Part shown: in pieces, positions 26,700 through 39,049 of the stretch | How positions within the stretch are numbered: the first letter of the stretch is position 1 | Layout of the letters: every line of letters begins with the position of its first letter | Assembly: GCA_964016885.1 (NCBI GenBank) | Contig: CAXHJY010000690.1 | Coordinates: forward strand, 1 to 64,000 | Source of the DNA: Eledone cirrhosa | Lineage: Eukaryota | DNA length: 64,000 bases | Direction of reading: 5' to 3' | The notes under the pieces: model-generated | Told to the model about the DNA's origin: nothing | Seen by the model: only the letters and a program-made list of their open reading frames with translations | Databases searched by the model: none | Translations under genes and position numbers: made by a program

Positions 26700-26840
26700 G
26701 ACTTTCCTGTTGATTTCCTTCGAATGAAACAGTTCTAGTCCTGTAGAAGCCATTTCTATATTAAATTTGTTGTATACACTCTACTAACGTATTGAGTACC
26801 TTACTGAGGTTATACCCCGATTGAACTCGGGACTCGTATA
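26696..26840 (+). mobile_element. Family B unit without inverted arm; hammerhead-like motif with mutated core
   Basis: actttc CTGTTGA tttccttcgaat GAAA cag ttctagtc ctg TA gaagcc, plus tail TATTGAGTACCTTAC. Confidence 0.65.
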
Positions 26841-26992
26841 GTGATAGTGTTTGTCATCATCATTTAACATGTTTTCCCTGTACACACACATATATTTATA
26901 TATATCGTGTCTCGTTTCACTTTTGCTGTTCAGATATATACTAATTTGTTGCAAACTTATTTATACAAGTAGTGTGTTTGCCTGGCATTATC

Positions 26993-27630
26993 ATTGGCAG
27001 TATCGGTAGAGGGTCGGAAGCCATGCTTTCCAGCATAGTTACGTCCCTTTACGATTTGAGTTCAAATCCCGCCGAGGTTGACTTTGCCTTTCATCTTTAC
27101 GGGGTCGATAAAATAAAGTACCAGTAATGCACTGGGTAATTGCTGGCCTTGTGCCTAAAGTAGAAATTATTATCATACACTGGGCGTCCCTTTACGATCT
27201 GAGTTCAAATCCCGCCGAGGTTGACTTTGCCTTTCATGCTTACGGGGTCGATAAAATAAAGTACCAGTAATATACTGGGTAATTTGCTGGCCTTGTGCCT
27301 AAAGTAGAAACAATTATCATACACTGGGCGTAATGCACTGGGTAATTGCTGGCCTGGTGCCTAAAGTAGAAACAATTATCATACACTGGGCGGTGGATTG
27401 GCAGTATCGGTAGAGGGTCGGACGCCATGCTTTGACGCATAGTTACGGCCCTTGCCATTCCGAGTTCGAATCCCGCCGAGGTTAACTTTGCCTTTATCCT
27501 TACGGGGTCGATAAAATAAAGTACCAGTAATGAACTGGGTAATTGCTAGCCTTGTGCCAAAAAGTAGAAAAAATTATCATACACTGGGATAATTGCTGGC
27601 CTTGTGCCAAAAGTAGAAACAATTATCATA
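26993..27630 (+). mobile_element. Tandem cluster of three Nin/Deu-domain SINE copies with duplicated tails
   Basis: GAGTTCAAATCCCGCCGAGGTTGACTTTGCCTTTCATC..CGGGGTCGATAAAATAAAGTACCAG occurs three times; tail TTGCTGGCCTTGTGCCTAAAGTAGAAA occurs five times. Confidence 0.85.
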
Positions 27631-28086
27631 ATCATCATCATTTAACGTGTTTATTCATGCTAGCATGTGTCAGACAGGTTGTCACAGATCAACTTTCTAC
27701 TGAATTGGAGCTACTGTCCCTCTAGACAGGCTGGGATCTACATCTCACATACATTCCAGTTTTGGCATGGTTTCTACAACTGGATACCCATCCTAACACC
27801 TACCACTTTACAGCATGTATTGGGTGCGTTTTATCTTGAAACCAGCACCAAGGAGGTTGTCATGTCCTTGACACAACTGAAATTTGTTTCAACTCTTTGT
27901 TAGGCATGGTTTCTACAGCTTGATAACCTTTCCTAATGACAACCATTTTACAGAGTGTAGTGGGTGCATTTTTATCATGACACTAGAACTAGGAAGTTTG
28001 TCAGGTTTGACTGAAGAGCCTTCCTTACTACGTTTTTGTGAAATGATACCTACATTACACAGAGTACTAGGTGTGTTTCATACTGG

Positions 28087-28164
<78 letters not shown>

Positions 28165-28661
28165 CATGTCTGAATATGTGTGTTTATGTGTAATGCACTG
28201 CAATGGAAATATGGAAATTGGGTGTGTAGATTTTGAAATCCATTTTGTCATATTGTCATTGGTTAAGTCATGAACTTGACATTGTTCCCCATTATGAGAT
28301 TAGTTTCATGTTTGTTTAAGATACAGTATAATATATAGTTAAGTTTTGTGTATGTGATTCTATTTTTTGTATGTTCTCTGCATTTGCACACTATGTATTC
28401 ACACAACACATATTTATGTTTTGAAATAGAATATGCTCAGTATGTGTGTGTGTGCATGCGTGCATGCATGCTGCTTCTTCTGGAAAGTAAATGTAGTCTC
28501 TTCTGCTATAAATTCTAAACTCGTTCACACTCCATTGCAATGCATTTAGTTTCACCACCACATGATATTGTGTGTGTATATAAATTCAGTTGACTTATGA
28601 AGCATTGGGAAAATATACTTGCCACAATACAAATCCTCATCATTATTACCGTTTAACCATG

Positions 28662-28852
28662 GCAGGTGGATTGGCAGTATCGGTAGAGGGTCGGACGTCA
28701 TGCTTTCCAGCATAGTTACGTCCCTTTACGATCTGAGTTCAAATCCAGCCGAGGTTAACTTTGCCTTTCATCCTTACGGGGTCGATAAAATAAAGTACCA
28801 GTAATGCACTGGGTAATTTCTGGCCTTGTGCTAATAGTAGAAACAATTATTA
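28662..28852 (+). mobile_element. Nin/Deu-domain SINE
   Basis: Near-identical to the copies at 26993-27630. Confidence 0.85.
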
Positions 28853-29272
28853 CCGTTTAACCTATGCCAGCGTGGAAAAATGGACATTAGACGAGTTGTC
28901 TCATTGTAAGACAAGCCAGATCAGATGACCGTGTCTTGCTCATACAGAACTGTTTCTGGTTTGATTTTTATATCTGGATGCGCTTCCTAACACCAACTAC
29001 ATCATTTACAGTGTGAAATGGGTGCTTTTTGTCGTGATACCTACACAGCCACTTTAGTGTATGGACATATTCTCCTCTGCTCTAACTATCTGCTATTTTG
29101 CCATATTAACTTCAACATCAATCCATGTTGATTATATTGACAATTATAACATACATGTGTTTATACACACACACACACACATATATACATGCATATATAC
29201 ACATACATATATATATTATTTTACGAGGACATTAAAATTTATTATCAAGTTTTTAAGTTGCGTGAATTTGTT

Positions 29273-29486
29273 TTAACCCCTTAGCATTTACATTGCTCTA
29301 TATTTATCATTGTATATTTGCAGTAAAGGCTTTACCTCACATAATATCGAATTTGAGATTATGATATTATTTATTTTGAGAACAATACCTTAAAATAAGC
29401 ATGAGTGGTTGGTTACAGCCGGTTTGGAAAGGAGGAGGTTAGAGAATTGTGGCCAGGTATGGCTGGTTTAATTGCTAAAGAGTTAA
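29273..29486. mobile_element. piggyBac-like MITE (TTAA-flanked)
   Basis: TTAACCCCTTAGCATT...TTGCTAAAGAGTTAA; related copies at 35573, 40762 and 45567. Confidence 0.75.
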
Positions 29487-29699
29487 AGATTTTTATGCCA
29501 TCTGACAAGCTCAGACTAGTGGAATGGGTGTGTATATGTGTATGTATACATACAAGCAGAATTCTATGGCTGGATGTTCTTATACCAATCCTTGTCTTTT
29601 AAATAAGGTACAGATCTTTGCATACTTAACCACTGAATAGCAGGGCCTCTGCTTATGCACAATGTAAACAAGTATTACTGGCTGTATCATTGATGTCAA

Positions 29700-29915
29700 A
29701 TAGCAGACTAATACAGTTTCATTCATTTGTGAAATCATCAGGAAAGCCAGATATTGTTTGGTCATATAGGTATATATATATGTATAGGATCAAGAACATT
29801 TTTTTCTCCGTTTTCTTCTTGATCCCTCACTCACACACATATTTGACTAGCAATATCTGACTTAACTGATTCTGCAACTGAATGAAATAGTGCTAGTCCT
29901 GTAGAAGTCATTTCC
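29700..29915. mobile_element. Old, degenerate family B fold-back
   Basis: Minus arm GGCTTTCCTGATGATTTC..GAATGAAAC; inverted pairs CAGATATTG/CAATATCTG and GGATCAAGAA/TTCTTGATCC; plus arm GAATGAAATAGTGCTAGTCCTGTAGAAG. Confidence 0.55.
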
Positions 29916-30178
29916 ATTCAAAATAAATTATGTACCCTTAATAGACAACCATCCTATTTCATTATATATATATAACCCTCCCAAAGTATAACAATATCAG
30001 TTTCAACAAGTTTTCAGATAAGAAATCTCGCAAAACAAATTTAAAAACGAATTATATATAAATACACCTTTTACACAATATTGTATTACCCATGGTATGG
30101 CCAATGAGAAAGCTAAATTTTGTTTGTTTGCCCCACATGGTTCATGTTTCCATGTGCAACTTTACTAATATATATATG

Positions 30179-30219
<41 letters not shown>

Positions 30220-30223
30220 ATAT

Positions 30224-31346
30224 CAGGGGCGAAGGGTCCGTGCATGCAACGCATGCAGTGCATGCATATTAGAATCTTGAGTTGATCAATTGCGTCAGTT
30301 GAAGCAAGCAGAATTTTGGCTGCTTACTAAAACGTATAGACACAAAAAAGATAACACACACACATGCAAACACGACAGCTTTGGGGCAAGCAGAATTTTG
30401 ACTGCTTACTAAATTGTAGACACATAAAAAGATAACACTACATGTGGCTTTGACCGGAAGGGTCATTTAGAGGGGCGTGCATGCATCAACGACACGAGGT
30501 CCAAACGAGAAGTGGTCAAACCGGCCACTTATTTCACCGACGATTCTAGAATATACATGTGTCGCCTTAGCTGGGGAATTTTCCTGGTTATATAGGTAAA
30601 GTTAAAATTTTCCTGATGGAATAGGTAAATTTTTCAGTCACTTATTCATTCCAATGTTTTAAATTTTAATTTCAAATATATCAAATTATTTTTTAAAAAG
30701 TTACGCAAAAATTACATTTTCCACATTTTCATTCATCCACATGATGGCAAAAGAATTAGTTCAGTTTCTTCTCTACTTTCTCGATCTTTTGCATCAAGAA
30801 GCTTTGAAGAGAGAAAGAATATCATTCTTGGAAAAGAGAAATCTAAGCTTGAAATTAAGACAAAGACAAAAGTGAGCGGCAAGAAATGTTATTGTTATTT
30901 TGATTCCAAATATTATGATCAATATGAGTGGATGACGGGATGTCCCATTCTGAACAAATTGTTCTGTTTCCCATGTCTGTTGTTTTGTCACCATTGTAAT
31001 ACATGGACAACCACTGGTTACTGCAATTTGAACAATTTGATTACAGCTTTGACAAGACACAAAAAATCTCAGAACTACTTGAGTTCCGTAATTGCTCTGA
31101 AAACCCTTGGTCGACATCGAATTGATACAGAGATCGATCACTGGAAAGCAGCTTTGATTCAGTTGCATAATAGAACTGTTGAGAAAAATCATGATGTATT
31201 GAAAAGGTTAATTCATTGTGTTGAAATTTTGGCCTGTCAAGAATTATCAATTCGAGGACACGATGAAACAGAAGACTGCACAGCCCCACTTTCCGCCATG
31301 CCGATTGGACTGCATGCCCTGCTTTCCAGGTTACCCTTCACCACTG
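30224..31346 (+). mobile_element. Internally deleted hAT DNA transposon (Tip100/ZMYM1-like)
   Basis: TIRs CAGGGGCGAAGGG / CCCTTCACCACTG; 8-bp TSD GTATATAT on both sides. Confidence 0.85.
30872..31280 (+). pseudogene. hAT transposase N-terminal fragment (TTF-type zinc finger and DUF4371-like region)
   Basis: YEWMTGC...LFCFPCLLF...WTTTGY...RHKKSQ...LACQELSIRGHDE. Confidence 0.8.
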
Positions 31347-32767
31347 GTATATATATATAAAAGTGACGAACAAAGCAGCAATTACATCAGTTTGCTTCGG
31401 GAAACTCTGTATTCCTAGGATGGTATATGTGTTTTATATAATATATATATATAGGTGTGTGTCTATATTTATATACACAAACTGAATTGGCTGAGATTAC
31501 GCCTGTGGAACCAGCTGGGTCTGCTGGTGTTTACTAATGATGCTGCTGTCTTGCGTTTTCTCCTCCCCCCCCCCTCTCCCCCTCTCTCTCTCTCTCTACG
31601 AAGATGACTCTGGTATGTTTTCTCTGTGGACGGAAGTGTTACATCAATAATAACTGCAACAGCAGTAATAGCAGCAGTTCTCTCTCACTACCAACTTCTA
31701 AGCCTTGTGGTCAGCTAGAGAATAAACAAGTCGGCTTATCCAGACCAGACCAGAGCACACTGCAATGCAGTAGTAGGTCAGGATGCTCTCTCGTAACATA
31801 GGTGCAAGTTGGAGAGCAGCCGAGAAGGAAAATTTCCTTTACTTCCTTCTCTGAAATGGAATCTCCTGACTCTACTGGAACTTTCTTTATTAAATAATTG
31901 GTGTTGTTTCTGTTGGACCATGAGGGGATCACTGTTATGGTATATTCTTTTTTTTTTTTTTTCTTTTTAGTCAGACTAAAAGTTTGTTTGTGACCTTTTG
32001 TAGGGTCTCCTCTCAAGCTGGTGAAATTGCTGAAGCTGGAGTTTGGTTTGAACATGGACAGAAAGAACTGGGGAGGTGTTAGTTCTACTCTAAATGTGAG
32101 CAAAATGATCTTTGGTCGTGATGATAGTACTGGTTTTAATGCGGGTGGAGTGATCTTGGTGGTAGTGGTAGTACTGGTTTTAATGTGGGTGGAGTGATCT
32201 TGGTGGTGGTAATGCTGGTATTAATGTGGACAGCAAAATTTATGGCCTTGTGCCTGAATTAGAAACCTTTTCTACTGTTTTCTTTTTTCTTTGTTTTGGT
32301 TTTCCCTTTGCTTTAGTTGATATAAATTCAGCTCTGTGCTGTTTTCTCTCCTTATATTGTCTCCAATGTCCTGTGCCCTTTATGGCCAATAAAAGAAACC
32401 ATTATTATTATGATAATTATCTTCTTCATTATAAGTGTCATCTTTTTCCTTGGCACAAAACCAACATTAAAGACGTGATTAATAAACTTTGTCTCATTGA
32501 GAAGGATCAGTTTCTGACTCAACTGTTATAGTTTATCTCCTGTCACCCCCACCCGCTATGGTGACTGATGACTACTCTTTAGAACTTTGTTAGTTGTACC
32601 AAACACTTCTGGCACTTATCAAACAAAGCATATCATGAACTAAATTATTCACTTTTTTTCTTTTTAAAGGCCAATAGGAGGGTTATTTGACTGCTGTTTC
32701 TAGCAGGTTGATTTCTTTCCTTTATGTCTCTTCTAGACTGTAGAATTAAATCAATTGGATTTCATAT

Positions 32768-33262
32768 AATCATCATCATTTTTACATCCTTTTTCGCCCA
32801 CTTGTATGAGTTTGACGGGTCCTTCTCAGTACAACATCCCTCCATTCGCCACGTTCCTTCGCCATCTCTTCTGTGAGTCTCAGCGATTTGAGGTCAACTC
32901 TCATCACCTTTGCCCAGGTCTTTCTTGGTTTCCCTCCACTGCAGCTTCCTTCTACTGGGATTTCTTGGCACTTATTCACCCATCGATAATCATCCATGCG
33001 CATCACATGTCCGTACCAATGGGTTTTTTTAAAAACCCAGCTTCTCCCTCAGCTCATCCAAGTTCTACCTTTCTCTCACTTACATTGCACATCCAACGAA
33101 GCATGGTTGCTTCATTTCTCTCCAGTCAATGCATGTCCTATGCAATCACAGCCCATGTTTCACTACCATGCAGCATCGCACTTTGCACGCAGACGTCATA
33201 CACTCGTCCTTTTGTACATAGGGAGAGACCTTTTGTAGTCAACAGTTGGAGTATCTCTCTGA
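32768..33262 (-). mobile_element. RTE LINE 3' fragment (different subfamily)
   Basis: YGHVMRMDDYRWVNKC...GGKPRKTWAKV...WRDVVL; short 3' UTR and (ATG)n tail. Confidence 0.8.
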
Positions 33263-33910
33263 GAAAAAAGCCCAGCTATACAAGATAAGTCCATCTCTTC
33301 CGTCGATTTTGAATTAGTTACTCATGCATTAATTTTTTTTTTCATATATTTCATATATTTATCATTCTTTAGGCCCTGGTGGCCAATAAAAGAAATATTT
33401 ATCATTCTAGCAGAATATTAAGTATGAAAATGCAGATTTTAATGAAGACGATTGTTGCATATTCATAGTTGAGGCTGCTAAAATGTGTCATGACACTCTA
33501 GTGTGTCATAAAATTGAGTCAATTCTGATGAATTTTTACCAATATTTGGCTGTGAAAGTATATTTCAGATCTAACAGCTCTTTGTAATGAGATGCGACAT
33601 GATATTTAATTGTCTATTTATTAATATTGTGTGCATGACTGTGTAGTTTGGTTTGGAACCATGTCGTCTCGAGTTCCATCTGACTGTGTGGCACCTTGAG
33701 CAAGTTTCATAAGGCCACAAAATTGAGGCCAGGGGTAGTGATGAGGGTGAGAAGTGAAGTGGTAGTAGTTGATTAACTCAACCCTTCTCATAGTTTAAAG
33801 AATTAAAATGTCCACACACAGTTACTGATAAAATTGTAACTATATATACATCATGACTATGTGAATGTTTATATACTCACCATGTTTTCTCTGGATATCT
33901 ATTTACAAAT

Positions 33911-33924
<14 letters not shown>

Positions 33925-33984
<60 letters not shown>

Positions 33985-34053
33985 GGTGTCCCCAAAAGAT
34001 ATATACACACTGATTACAATGTTGTTGAAGTGTGTATACATTTTTTTTACACC

Positions 34054-34143
<90 letters not shown>
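33925..34143. repeat. (CA)n tracts flanking a roughly 72-bp hairpin mini-MITE (Tc1/mariner-like ends)
   Basis: AAGGTGTCCCCAAAAGATATATACACACT ... AGTGTGTATACATTTTTTTTACACCCT at 33983-34055. Confidence 0.6.
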
Positions 34144-34146
<3 letters not shown>

Positions 34147-34578
34147 TGTGTGAAAATGTATAAATAAGTAGATAGGTAGTATGATTTAATTATCAAACAC
34201 CATTCCTCACTTAATGAAAAGATTGAGTATCTAAGTCAGGTGAAGTATTTGCTGGTAGTGGGAGTATGTCTGTCTAACTTTGGAACAAGGCCACAAATTT
34301 TGGAGGGACAGAGGATGTTGATTACATCTGGATTGTCATGACTGGAACACTTTTAGTCATAGGTCTGTTCAATCAGAACTGACCTGGAGCTAAACAACAA
34401 TATCAACTTGAGTGGTACTTTCTTTATCTGTTCTCAAAACGAAGAAAAGCAATGATTCGAACTTGGTACATAAATAGTTCTAATTAAATTCTTGTATAAT
34501 GACAAAATCCAGTGGGTGAAATGATCTTTCTCTCAAATACACCCCCACATGTATGTATGTGTGTGTGTATATATATAT

Positions 34579-34763
34579 ATAATATATAAGAACAAAAGAT
34601 GGTTAAAGGAGTTCCGTGTATTTTATTAATAAAAGACATGGAACTCCTTTAACCATCTTTTGTTCTTATATATTATGTATACTCCAGTCCTACAAACTGT
34701 AGAGTGCTTCTTATCCGATATCTGCATTGCTTTATTGTACTACAATAAAACTCACCTCCTACA
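34579..34763 (+). mobile_element. Fold-back mini-element, family A (short)
   Basis: Palindrome with arms of about 49 bp centred at 34627/34628; tail near-identical to 17206-17292. Confidence 0.8.
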
Positions 34764-35572
34764 TATATATATATATATATATATATGTAAATGTATATAA
34801 ATATGTAAACATGTAGGTGTATATAAATAGTTATGTTATTGAATACATTTTGTGTCAATTTATTCTATCTATAGAATGAGTCAGATAAAGATAGAGAGAG
34901 ATAGACAGATAGATTGAGATAGTGAACCAATTGTGATAGATACTCTCTGTCTGTGTCTATCTCTACCTGACTCATTCTAGTGTATCTATCACAATTGATA
35001 GTAAACCAGCTGTGATAGATACACTACATTTTCATCTTAACCAAAGGAGGGCCTGAACTGCTTCATTTATGTGAGATTATTAAGCTCCAGGTCAGTTTAC
35101 CTGATACAGTAAGTAGACCTATTTTTTTTATGGAAGGGAAACACCCACAACTCCTTTATTTTCCCAGTGCTTTCGAAAGTGGTTGGGAAGATTGGAGGAA
35201 GTTATCTTTAAACTAGACATACTTTGGCTGCTCATTGGTCACTGAGGGACCAGGTGGGGATGTTAAGCTGGCTGATGGATAAATTTTACCTACCTAAAAA
35301 CCCATAATGCTAAAGATCTGGAACAAATACTACAAAGCATCTTATTTTATGCTCTTTTAATTCTATTAATCCACTGCTCTGAACTGTTTATCAGCACCTG
35401 AAAGGATGGAAGGCAAAATCGAACATGGCAGAATTTGAACTCAAACTGCAGAGAACCAGAACAAATATAAAAAAAATATAGTCTATGGTACAATATACAT
35501 GAAAACAAGATGGGATAATCATGTCTGGAATGTTTTTATTCCTAGGCATTCTAGAGGAAGGTTAATCTACAG

Positions 35573-35788
35573 TTAACCCTGTAGCATTTAAACTGGCCAT
35601 ATCTGGCAAGAATTCTCTCACCTCTTTCTGTTCAAACCGGTCATAACTTGCTACTCATACTGATGTTATGGTATTGTTCTCAAAATAAATAATATCAAAA
35701 TCTCATAGATTCGATAGTATGTGAAATAAAGTATTTACCACAAAAATACAATAGTATATATAGAGTAATGTAAATGCTAAAGGGTTAA
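35573..35788. mobile_element. piggyBac-like MITE (reverse orientation)
   Basis: TTAACCCTGTAGCATTTA...TAAATGCTAAAGGGTTAA. Confidence 0.75.
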
Positions 35789-36998
35789 AAAACATTATTA
35801 TCATCATATTCATATCTACCTTTTCCATGCTGGTAAATGAAGATGATTATGATGAAGATAATATATACACTTAATGAGCTTTGGTATATTTTCTGTCTAC
35901 CAAGTTTCACTCACAAGCTATTGGTCAGCTCATGACTATTGTAAAAGATAGTTTACCCAGGGTGTTGTGCAGTGGGATGGACTCCAGAACCACATGATTG
36001 TAAAATGTGCAGCTTAACCACACAACCACACCTACACCTATCAATAATGAAATACTAAAGAAATAACAAAAACAAAACTCTATTCAATATCCAATAAAAT
36101 TCTTGACTCATGGTGATTCACTAAAGTAAATTATTTAATATATATTTCTGTCCTTGCGTTAACGTCATCATTTTACATCTGTTCTCCATGCTGGCCAAGT
36201 TGGATGGGTCATCCCGTTTTGAGATAACATTGGTCAGATAATCATGCCATGATGCTTCACTCTTCATTCTACATTTCATATTTCAGCATGATTTCCACAG
36301 CTTTCGGCCCTTCTTTACACCAACCACTTTACACCAACCACTTTACTGTGTACTGGGAACATTTTATCATTGCACCAGCACCATTACCATTACCACTTTA
36401 CAGAGTGCACTGGGTGTATTTTATCATAGCACCAACACTAGAAAGGTTGACATGTACTCAGCTGAAGAGGCCTCTCTTCATATTTTCTTCATTGTATTCT
36501 AAGTTTTCAACAAGACTAAAGAGCTCTCTCTTCTCATTTCTTTTTGAAAAAATGCCCAGTGTTCAATCATCTCATAGGTTCACTTGTCATCTCCCCACAC
36601 ACCTTTTGTCACTTACCCATGATGTCCTACGTGTAATCCTTCTCATTTCTCCACACTCTATCACCCCCCGAAGAGTAGGGAGGGATCTTCAGTCAAGCCT
36701 TTCCAACAACCTCTCTAGTACTGGTGCTATGCGTGTGGAAACATAAGTGAGAGGTCCAGTACTGTCTTGGTCTGTGATGACCAGTCCAACTCTTGCTAGG
36801 AGGGAAAACAGATGTTAAATGATGATGATGATTGCTGTCCTTCTTTTTGAAGAACAGACCAGTGTCCAGCTATCAGTGTCACATTTTCAGTGGTTGTTGA
36901 ATAATAGATTTGTTGTTACACTTTATATATGCAATTTGTTGTTGCCTTATTTGAAAATATCTGCAGTCTCTACTCAATTTCTTTTTTATCTCTCTATA

Positions 36999-37985
36999 TA
37001 TCATCATCATCATCTTGCGTCCGCTTTTCCCTGTTTGCAAGGGTGGGACGGGTCTTATTCAGCACAGCATCTCTCCACTTGTCACGGTCCTTTGTCATCT
37101 CCAGCGTGAGCTTCAGCAATCTGAGGTCTGTTCTCACCACCTCCACCCATGTTTTTCGTGGTCTACCTCTACCACGTCTTCCTTCAACTGGCACTTCTTC
37201 ACCCATCGGTCATCCTCCATGCGCATCACATGTCCATACCACCGCAGTCTCCTCTCTCACACACTACATTCTATCCTTCTCAGACACAGTCTCTCTCTCA
37301 ACACATCGATGCTGGGTCGTTCACGCACATTGACATTGCACATCCAACGAAGCATGCTTGCCTCATTTCTCTCCAGCCGTCGATATCCTCTGCAGTTGCT
37401 GCCCAAATCTCACTACCATGCAGCATCGTGCTCCTCATACAGGCATCATATAACCGGCCTTTCGTACGCAGGGAGAAACCCTTCTTCATCAGCAGAGGAA
37501 GCAGCTCCCTAAACTTCTTCCAACTCGTCCTTATTCTAGATACTATGGCCTCGGAATACCCCCTCCCATGCTAATCTGATCTAGGTATCGGAAGCTATCA
37601 ACCACTTCTATAGCACCCACTTGCATTTGAAAAATGTGTCTATCAATGTGACTTCTGCTGTCTAATTTCCCTGTACATCTACTGCATGTTAGTTTGCCTG
37701 CTATCCCACTACATCTCTTGTGTACCCAAGATCTGCATTGTGTGCATTTTATAGAATTTATGCCAGTTCCTTTTCTGCATATTGAACATGGCCATTTCCC
37801 TGACGGAATCAGAGTTTTGTCCTCTTTTCTACTCAACAATTTTGTCTTAGCTAGGTTCATTCTCAGTCCTCTTGATTCCAACTGCTGTTTCCATAGCCAG
37901 AGTTTATTCTCTAGCTCCTCTACCGATTCTGCTATAAGAACCATATCGTCAGCACAGAAGTTCCCATGGACAGCCAGTCTTAAAT
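36999..37985 (-). mobile_element. RTE LINE fragment (diverged subfamily, PHD-type insert present)
   Basis: ADDMVL...KWPCSICRKG...CTQCRSWVHKRCSG...FRYLDQI; GRGRPRKTW; (GAT)n tail. Confidence 0.85.
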
Positions 37986-39049
37986 ATATATATACAAACA
38001 CACACACAATAACACTCACGTTATCATACTTGTTTTTACATGTTTTTCCAACACTTGCATGGGTTAGACAAGATGTGTTTTCTGACAGGTTTTATCTTTA
38101 GCTGAATGCTCTTCCCAATGTCAGCCTGTACCTTATTCTAAGTAGGTTATATGCACCTAATATTTCATTGCACTGCGATGCTGCCAGACATGTTTTTATG
38201 GGGGACATAAGCGACTGTCTGCCAGGCTTATAATGGTGTCAATATAATATTCACAGGGTGAGACACATACATATGCAAAAAGCTTCTTACAGTTTCTGCT
38301 TACAGATTCACTCAGTAAGCATTGGGCAGCCTAGAGATATTAGTAGAAAACACTTACCCAGGGTGCCACCCAGTAGAGTTGAACACAAAACTGTGTAGTT
38401 CCGAAGTAAACTTCTTAACCACACAGCCATTTCTGCATCTCATGTATAATCATTATGATTCTTATATTCGTTTTTTCCATGTTTGCATAAGTCTACTCCA
38501 ATACATATTACCATTTGTTATCCATCATCAGGTTCAGCTTTTTGAGGACAACCGTAACCTCTTCTTTCTGTGTCATTCTCAGGCTTCATCTTCTGTAAGT
38601 TCCTTTCGCACAAACAGACGCACATACTCACACAGTCACTCACTCACACTCACACACACACACACGTGGTGGTAGATGTTGTGTTGTGGCTGAGTAAATG
38701 TATTTGTGTGGTGGGTCTTGGTTTAGGTTTATGGTATGTTTACTATTATTATTCTGTTGTTGGGTGGGGTTGTGAGAAACTATGTATACACACACACACT
38801 AGTAGGGGGTTTGAGAGACTATATATATACACACACACACTAGTGGGGTTGTGAGAGACTATATATATATATATATATATACACATGCACACTTGAAATG
38901 GTTAAAGCTTGACTGTCTGGCTTACATGTAATAGATAATATCTACACTCTGCTTTCTTTAAAGTATTGAGTAAGAAGCCGAATAATGATCTTATAAGTCA
39001 TTCAACTTGTTAGACCTTGTCCACACACACACGATGATGTTGGTATATA

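Noticed and set aside
38890-39025. Additional PLE tail (contains AAGTATTGAGTA)
   Set aside because: Only a short motif match; no palindrome or ribozyme core.
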